Below the pieces are notes generated by a model, which saw nothing but the letters and a program-made list of their open reading frames with translations, did no database searches and was not told the origin of the DNA. From contig NC_017448.1 in NCBI RefSeq assembly GCF_000146505.1, positions 1,860,001 to 1,892,000 on the forward strand: 32,000 nucleotides of DNA. Direction: 5' to 3'. Of the stretch, positions 28,168 through 32,000 are shown piece after piece (position 1 is the first letter of the stretch; each line of letters begins with the position of its first letter). The position numbers and the translations under genes were made by a program. The DNA is from Fibrobacter succinogenes subsp. succinogenes S85. Its GTDB lineage: Bacteria > Fibrobacterota > Fibrobacteria > Fibrobacterales > Fibrobacteraceae.

Positions 28168-29541
28168 CTACCGATATTTCAATTCCGGATTGGCCATGTA
28201 ATAGGCATTCTTGTCGGCGTACATGCACTCGTCAGCATGACGCATGGCAGCACGTATATCCATTTCGCCATAACTCAAGCCTATTGAGAAACGGACATCA
28301 TCCGTAATCTTTGACAAGTAATGGACTTGGTCTATACGGCGTTGCGCTTCGCTCTCATCAATTTCGGACACGAGCACCATGAACTCGTCACCACCTGCAC
28401 GGAATACTTCCCCATCATGGAAAATACTTTGCAGAATCGAGGCCGCCTTGCGCAACATCTTGTCGCCCGCCACATGCCCCTGTTCATCGTTCACGCGCTT
28501 GAGACCGTTCAGGTCTGCAAAAAGCACAGCCTTCGGCATCGGCACCTGACCTTCAACAATCTGGTCCACGTAATTATTCATCACGTTTCTGTTCTTGATT
28601 CCCGTCAAGGAATCAATCGTGCTCATTACTTCTAGCTTGTTCAAAAGCTTATAGCTTGCAATTTCAGAAGCGATAAAGAACGTCGTGAGTTCAAGAGTTT
28701 CCTTAATCTTTATCACATCGTCGATGTTGAAATTGAGCGCCCACATGTAGCCGAGCAATTTACCGCCATGTCGCAGCGGGAAGAGCACCACAGACTTAAC
28801 ACCCGCGTAATCCAGCGAGGCGCTCCAGACAGGATTTTGTTCACGCAACTTGTCCATGTCACGTTCATCTTTCAGAATGATGCAAGTACTACCTGCCAGC
28901 GTACCCGGCCAGGTTTCCGTAATCGTGTAAAAGCCCTCTATATAACGGGCCATCGGATAAAGGCTAGACCCGCGACGGAGAGATTCTGCAAAAATCGAAC
29001 AAGTGCATTTTTCATCATCCGTCAACAGAATACAGCAATGGTCGGAGCCACAAATTTGGCGAATATCTTCAACAACGTCCTGGAACGCATGCTTGATATC
29101 GCCCGAGCCGCGAAGCTTGATGCAAGCCTTCAGCACATCCGCAGCGGTATCCGCAGAAAGGTCTGCCATCGCCGAGGAGTCCGCCTTGGGAGTCACGTCG
29201 TAACAGTAAATGCAGTAGCCGATATTTTCCTGGTCCGAATCCAGCGGAAGCAGGAACATGTTAAGCCAAAGGCCCATCATATAAAGGTCTACATAGGCAT
29301 GGAGCGGCTTGCCTTCATGCACGCAGCAGTAACAATGTTCTTCGAAATTCGGATTCTTGGGGAAGCACGCCTCATAAGGGCAGCCAGGTTCAAACGGATG
29401 ATTGAGCGAAGCCATGTCATCACAGTGGGCCTTGTTGCCCGCAACCACACGGATATTTCCGTATGTTCCATCCGGGAAAAATTCAACAGATACAATGCAG
29501 GCTTTGGCCTTATAGTGAGACAGTAACTCGTCAAAATTCAT
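28168..29541 (-). CDS. Diguanylate cyclase (Cys-rich N-terminal sensor - GAF - GGDEF)
   Basis: ORF 28168..29580, with the start moved to the MNFDELL ATG at 29541, which is preceded by AAGGGG. The GGDEF domain has DSLTGIKNR...ADLNGLKRVNDEQGHVAGD...RAGGDEFMVL. A central GAF-like segment is also present. Confidence 0.8.
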   Translation of the reverse strand: MNFDELLSHYKAKACIVSVEFFPDGTYGNIRVVAGNKAHCDDMASLNHPFEPGCPYEACFPKNPNFEEHCYCCVHEGKPLHAYVDLYMMGLWLNMFLLPLDSDQENIGYCIYCYDVTPKADSSAMADLSADTAADVLKACIKLRGSGDIKHAFQDVVEDIRQICGSDHCCILLTDDEKCTCSIFAESLRRGSSLYPMARYIEGFYTITETWPGTLAGSTCIILKDERDMDKLREQNPVWSASLDYAGVKSVVLFPLRHGGKLLGYMWALNFNIDDVIKIKETLELTTFFIASEIASYKLLNKLEVMSTIDSLTGIKNRNVMNNYVDQIVEGQVPMPKAVLFADLNGLKRVNDEQGHVAGDKMLRKAASILQSIFHDGEVFRAGGDEFMVLVSEIDESEAQRRIDQVHYLSKITDDVRFSIGLSYGEMDIRAAMRHADECMYADKNAYYMANPELKYR

Positions 29542-29580
29542 AGCGATCCCCTTTTTTACACACTTGTTAATATAGTACAA

Positions 29581-31227
29581 TTATCCATTCATGATATATT
29601 CGGCATTTTCAAGGATATATAAATCCTTTGTCTTCATATCTTCGGGGAGGCGGTCAAACGGGATGATATCATGACGTGTAAACGTCCGTTCATCGGTAGG
29701 ACCCGAGCGGTAGCCCATCAAAAGCATGGACATCATCCAGCGGCGATGTTCGGCTTCGCGGAGCAGGATATCGTCATCCGAGATTTCAAAACAACGTTTA
29801 CGAAGCGGGAGCGCGTTTGCGCAGTAAATGGCGGAAGTCTTGTCGGCTTCGCTCAAGCGGTACCACATTTTTTCTTCGGCATCGCGGGTATCGGGATTTA
29901 AGTGTCGTTCGCGCACATAGTTTGCACGTTGGCCACGTTCCACGCGCTTGGACTGCACGAATTCCTTCATTTCATCAATGTCACCCATGATTCGCACATA
30001 GCCGTACATTCCACTTTCATTGATATGCCTGATAATGTCGTCGTTCGCTTCGCGCCAGTAGACGGCAATGTCTGCGTTATCGTAGACGGCACGCGGCAAA
30101 TGCACAAGCGTCGAAATCGCCCTGGAGGCATCTTCCTTACAGATGCACACGACAAGGCGTTCCTTGGGACTTGCGGCTACGGCAGCAATAAAGTTACGAG
30201 CCAGGTCCGCTTCGCAGTAGGCATCGACAAAATTCCATTCCACATCGAGGTAGTCACCACGCATCGTTTCCGGATCGTGCGTAACCTTGTTTCCATTGGC
30301 ATCAACGTAGGTGTACTTCGAGAGTCTAAAGAGTCCCATGCGGGAGACCACCAGGCGGTCCACCCATTTTTCGCAGTCCTCATCGACAAACGTAATGCAA
30401 GTCTTCAAGCCCGTGCGGCTGTAATTCGGATAGTGGCAGATATTCGCAACGGCAAACGCAACTGCCTGCGCAATCGGTCCCGTGCCAATCAGCACGACAT
30501 GCAGGCGCTCATTTTCCGCTTCACGGATAGTCGGCAAAAAGTCCGTCCCCACAAGCAGCTGTTCCGACATGAATTCGTATTCGTTAAAGATATCGACGAG
30601 CAAATGCCCTTTGTTCTGTTCAGGCGCCTTCAGGTACCACAAGATTTCAGAAGACGAAGGGTCGCTCAACAGCAAATGGCAGTGGATATCGCGCGGGGCC
30701 TTTTCGCACAAGTTACGCAGCACCTCAATGCAGTGCAAGTTACGGGAATCGCGTTCCGGACCATCTTCGCCAATCACGAGAATCTGGTCTGCTAAAAGAG
30801 CACCCGCAAAAAGCAAATCAGCATCGCTTTCGTAATCCTTTTTGTAATGGATAAAGTGGCCGTCGATATCATGGAGGCTCACGACAACAATCGGGCGTTT
30901 GTCACCCTTGAGCGCGCGCAAAATACTTTTGAGCTGATGGCCTGCACCAAGCACAAGCACATGACCACGGACATCGACGTGCTTTTTGCCCTCTCGCATG
31001 GATTCGGACGTGTTCTTGAAAACGTTGATCATCACGCTGATGAACAGCACGGCAAAGACGACGTAGCCAGACAAGAAACCTTTCCAGCCAAGCGTCTTTT
31101 CGCCAAGCACCCAAGAACCAAGCAGAACGCCGATGACAAAGATAACCAGGGAAAGGCCAAGTAAAATCAAGAGTTTCTTGGCGATGCCATTCGACCAGGC
31201 GCCTTTAATAAGTCCGTTATAATTCAT
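29581..31227 (-). CDS. Membrane protein with two Rossmann-like (TrkA-N-like) segments and a C-terminal RyR-like domain
   Basis: 548 aa with two N-terminal TM helices (about residues 17-41 and 50-70). The Rossmann-like segments are HVLVLGAGHQLKSILRAL and HVVLIGTGPIAQAVAFAV. The C-terminus (EAEHRRWMMSMLLMGYRSGPTDERTFTRHDIIPFDRLPEDMKTKD) resembles the RyR domain consensus (HerW...GW.yG...k.hp.lvpf.eLpe..K..D). Confidence 0.6.
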   Translation of the reverse strand: MNYNGLIKGAWSNGIAKKLLILLGLSLVIFVIGVLLGSWVLGEKTLGWKGFLSGYVVFAVLFISVMINVFKNTSESMREGKKHVDVRGHVLVLGAGHQLKSILRALKGDKRPIVVVSLHDIDGHFIHYKKDYESDADLLFAGALLADQILVIGEDGPERDSRNLHCIEVLRNLCEKAPRDIHCHLLLSDPSSSEILWYLKAPEQNKGHLLVDIFNEYEFMSEQLLVGTDFLPTIREAENERLHVVLIGTGPIAQAVAFAVANICHYPNYSRTGLKTCITFVDEDCEKWVDRLVVSRMGLFRLSKYTYVDANGNKVTHDPETMRGDYLDVEWNFVDAYCEADLARNFIAAVAASPKERLVVCICKEDASRAISTLVHLPRAVYDNADIAVYWREANDDIIRHINESGMYGYVRIMGDIDEMKEFVQSKRVERGQRANYVRERHLNPDTRDAEEKMWYRLSEADKTSAIYCANALPLRKRCFEISDDDILLREAEHRRWMMSMLLMGYRSGPTDERTFTRHDIIPFDRLPEDMKTKDLYILENAEYIMNG

Positions 31228-31247
31228 GAAACGCTCCCGATAAATCC

Positions 31248-31262
31248 AGCTATATTATAGCT
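31248..31262 (-). promoter_or_regulatory. 15-bp perfect palindrome containing a TATAAT box upstream of the RyR-domain gene
   Basis: AGCTATA-T-TATAGCT reads TATAAT on the minus strand, about 25 nt upstream of the ATG at 31227. Confidence 0.35.
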
Positions 31263-31274
31263 AATTTTCAGGAT

Positions 31275-32000
31275 TTATGGCGCAAGGAATTTCTTACGGT
31301 AATATGCACCCCGAACTTTGCGGCCATCATTGACAATACGACCCAAGGCGTTATACGTTTTCTTCAAATTGACCATACGGGGGTTGCCGCCAATCGTTTT
31401 GGAGCGTGCAATATCGACCGGACCAACATCAATTATAGTGGTATCCTTATAGCCGCGACCATAGTAAATAAACGGCTTTTCTGTACGGTAAGTCCATTCT
31501 TCACCATCAACAATCAGTTTTCCAAGCGTGCTGTTAGAATTGGCAGTCCCCACGCTATAAGGGCTATCGTCTGCATGTTCAGCATCCACATCAACGTACA
31601 CCATCACAACATCCGGTGTAATAATAATGTTACCACCATGGCTATAGATTCCGGCCCCAAGTCCCGAAGAATACCTACCGCCCGTGGATTTCACCGTTCC
31701 ACCAGTGATGATGATATCGCCAAAAGTTTTGTACTCGCTAGCAACGAAGCCCGCGCCTCCAATACCCGGAGCATCACGGCCACCGACAGCTGTAACAGCA
31801 CCGCCTGATATCACCACAGAATCTTCACTGCAGATTCCCGGGACCTCATAAGTTCCTGTTGCAGTCACGTCACCACCGCTAATCAAGACAGCGCCTCTGC
31901 CACCGCCAATCGCAGCCCCAGCATTCGTTCCTGCCTCAGAGACAACAGACCCGCCGCTAATTTCAACAGTAGCACACATTGTCCCAAATCCATTATAATC
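31275..32000 (-). CDS. Beta-helix repeat secreted protein with a basic C-terminal tail (5' end off-window)
   Basis: The frame stays open upstream of the Met at 31979 to the window edge. There are repeats of about 25-30 aa ([IV][IS][ST]GG.V.A.GG...PGIGG). The C-terminus (NALGRIVNDGRKVRGAYYRKKFLAP) looks like a sorting-type basic tail. Confidence 0.6.
   Translation of the reverse strand, partial: DYNGFGTMCATVEISGGSVVSEAGTNAGAAIGGGRGAVLISGGDVTATGTYEVPGICSEDSVVISGGAVTAVGGRDAPGIGGAGFVASEYKTFGDIIITGGTVKSTGGRYSSGLGAGIYSHGGNIIITPDVVMVYVDVDAEHADDSPYSVGTANSNSTLGKLIVDGEEWTYRTEKPFIYYGRGYKDTTIIDVGPVDIARSKTIGGNPRMVNLKKTYNALGRIVNDGRKVRGAYYRKKFLAP

Overview
This 32 kb chromosomal window contains about 26 protein-coding genes. 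I found no rRNA, tRNA, CRISPR array, transposase or integrase. Serine-rich lipoproteins, basic C-terminal tails and roughly 48% GC suggest a Fibrobacter-like genome, but that is inference only. Confident housekeeping anchors are leuS (8099-10786, -), cobalamin-dependent metH (18677-22330, +) and a fused membrane/spermidine-synthase-like protein (15302-18409, -). The most interesting region is the AT-richer left arm (about 160-7980). It has an HD-domain dNTP triphosphohydrolase and a BrxR/CapW-type wHTH-WYL-WCX regulator. These are followed by a tight four-gene minus-strand operon: a 250 aa orphan protein, a MoxR-like AAA+ ATPase, a vWA/DUF2201 protein with a degenerate metallopeptidase motif, and a DnaB-C-terminal-like protein with a broken Walker A. 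A bacterial-type PARG macrodomain gene converges on the operon 23 bp from its end. I do not recognise this composition as any named defence system, and I propose it as a candidate WYL-regulated NTP-dependent conflict/defence module. Other accessory modules are: two tandem paralogous Cys-repeat lipoproteins plus a small secreted protein; an OMP beta-barrel gene; a DUF1538 membrane protein with two PII-like proteins; an ECF sigma/anti-sigma pair with a Cys/His-rich Spy/CpxP-like periplasmic protein; a co-directional cluster of a TrkA-N/RyR-domain membrane protein, a GAF-GGDEF cyclase, a Y-family polymerase and a YolD-like protein; and a 5'-truncated beta-helix repeat protein. Several short intergenic repeats and palindromes are also reported. 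All domain calls come from motif recognition by eye in the supplied translations. No database search was run.
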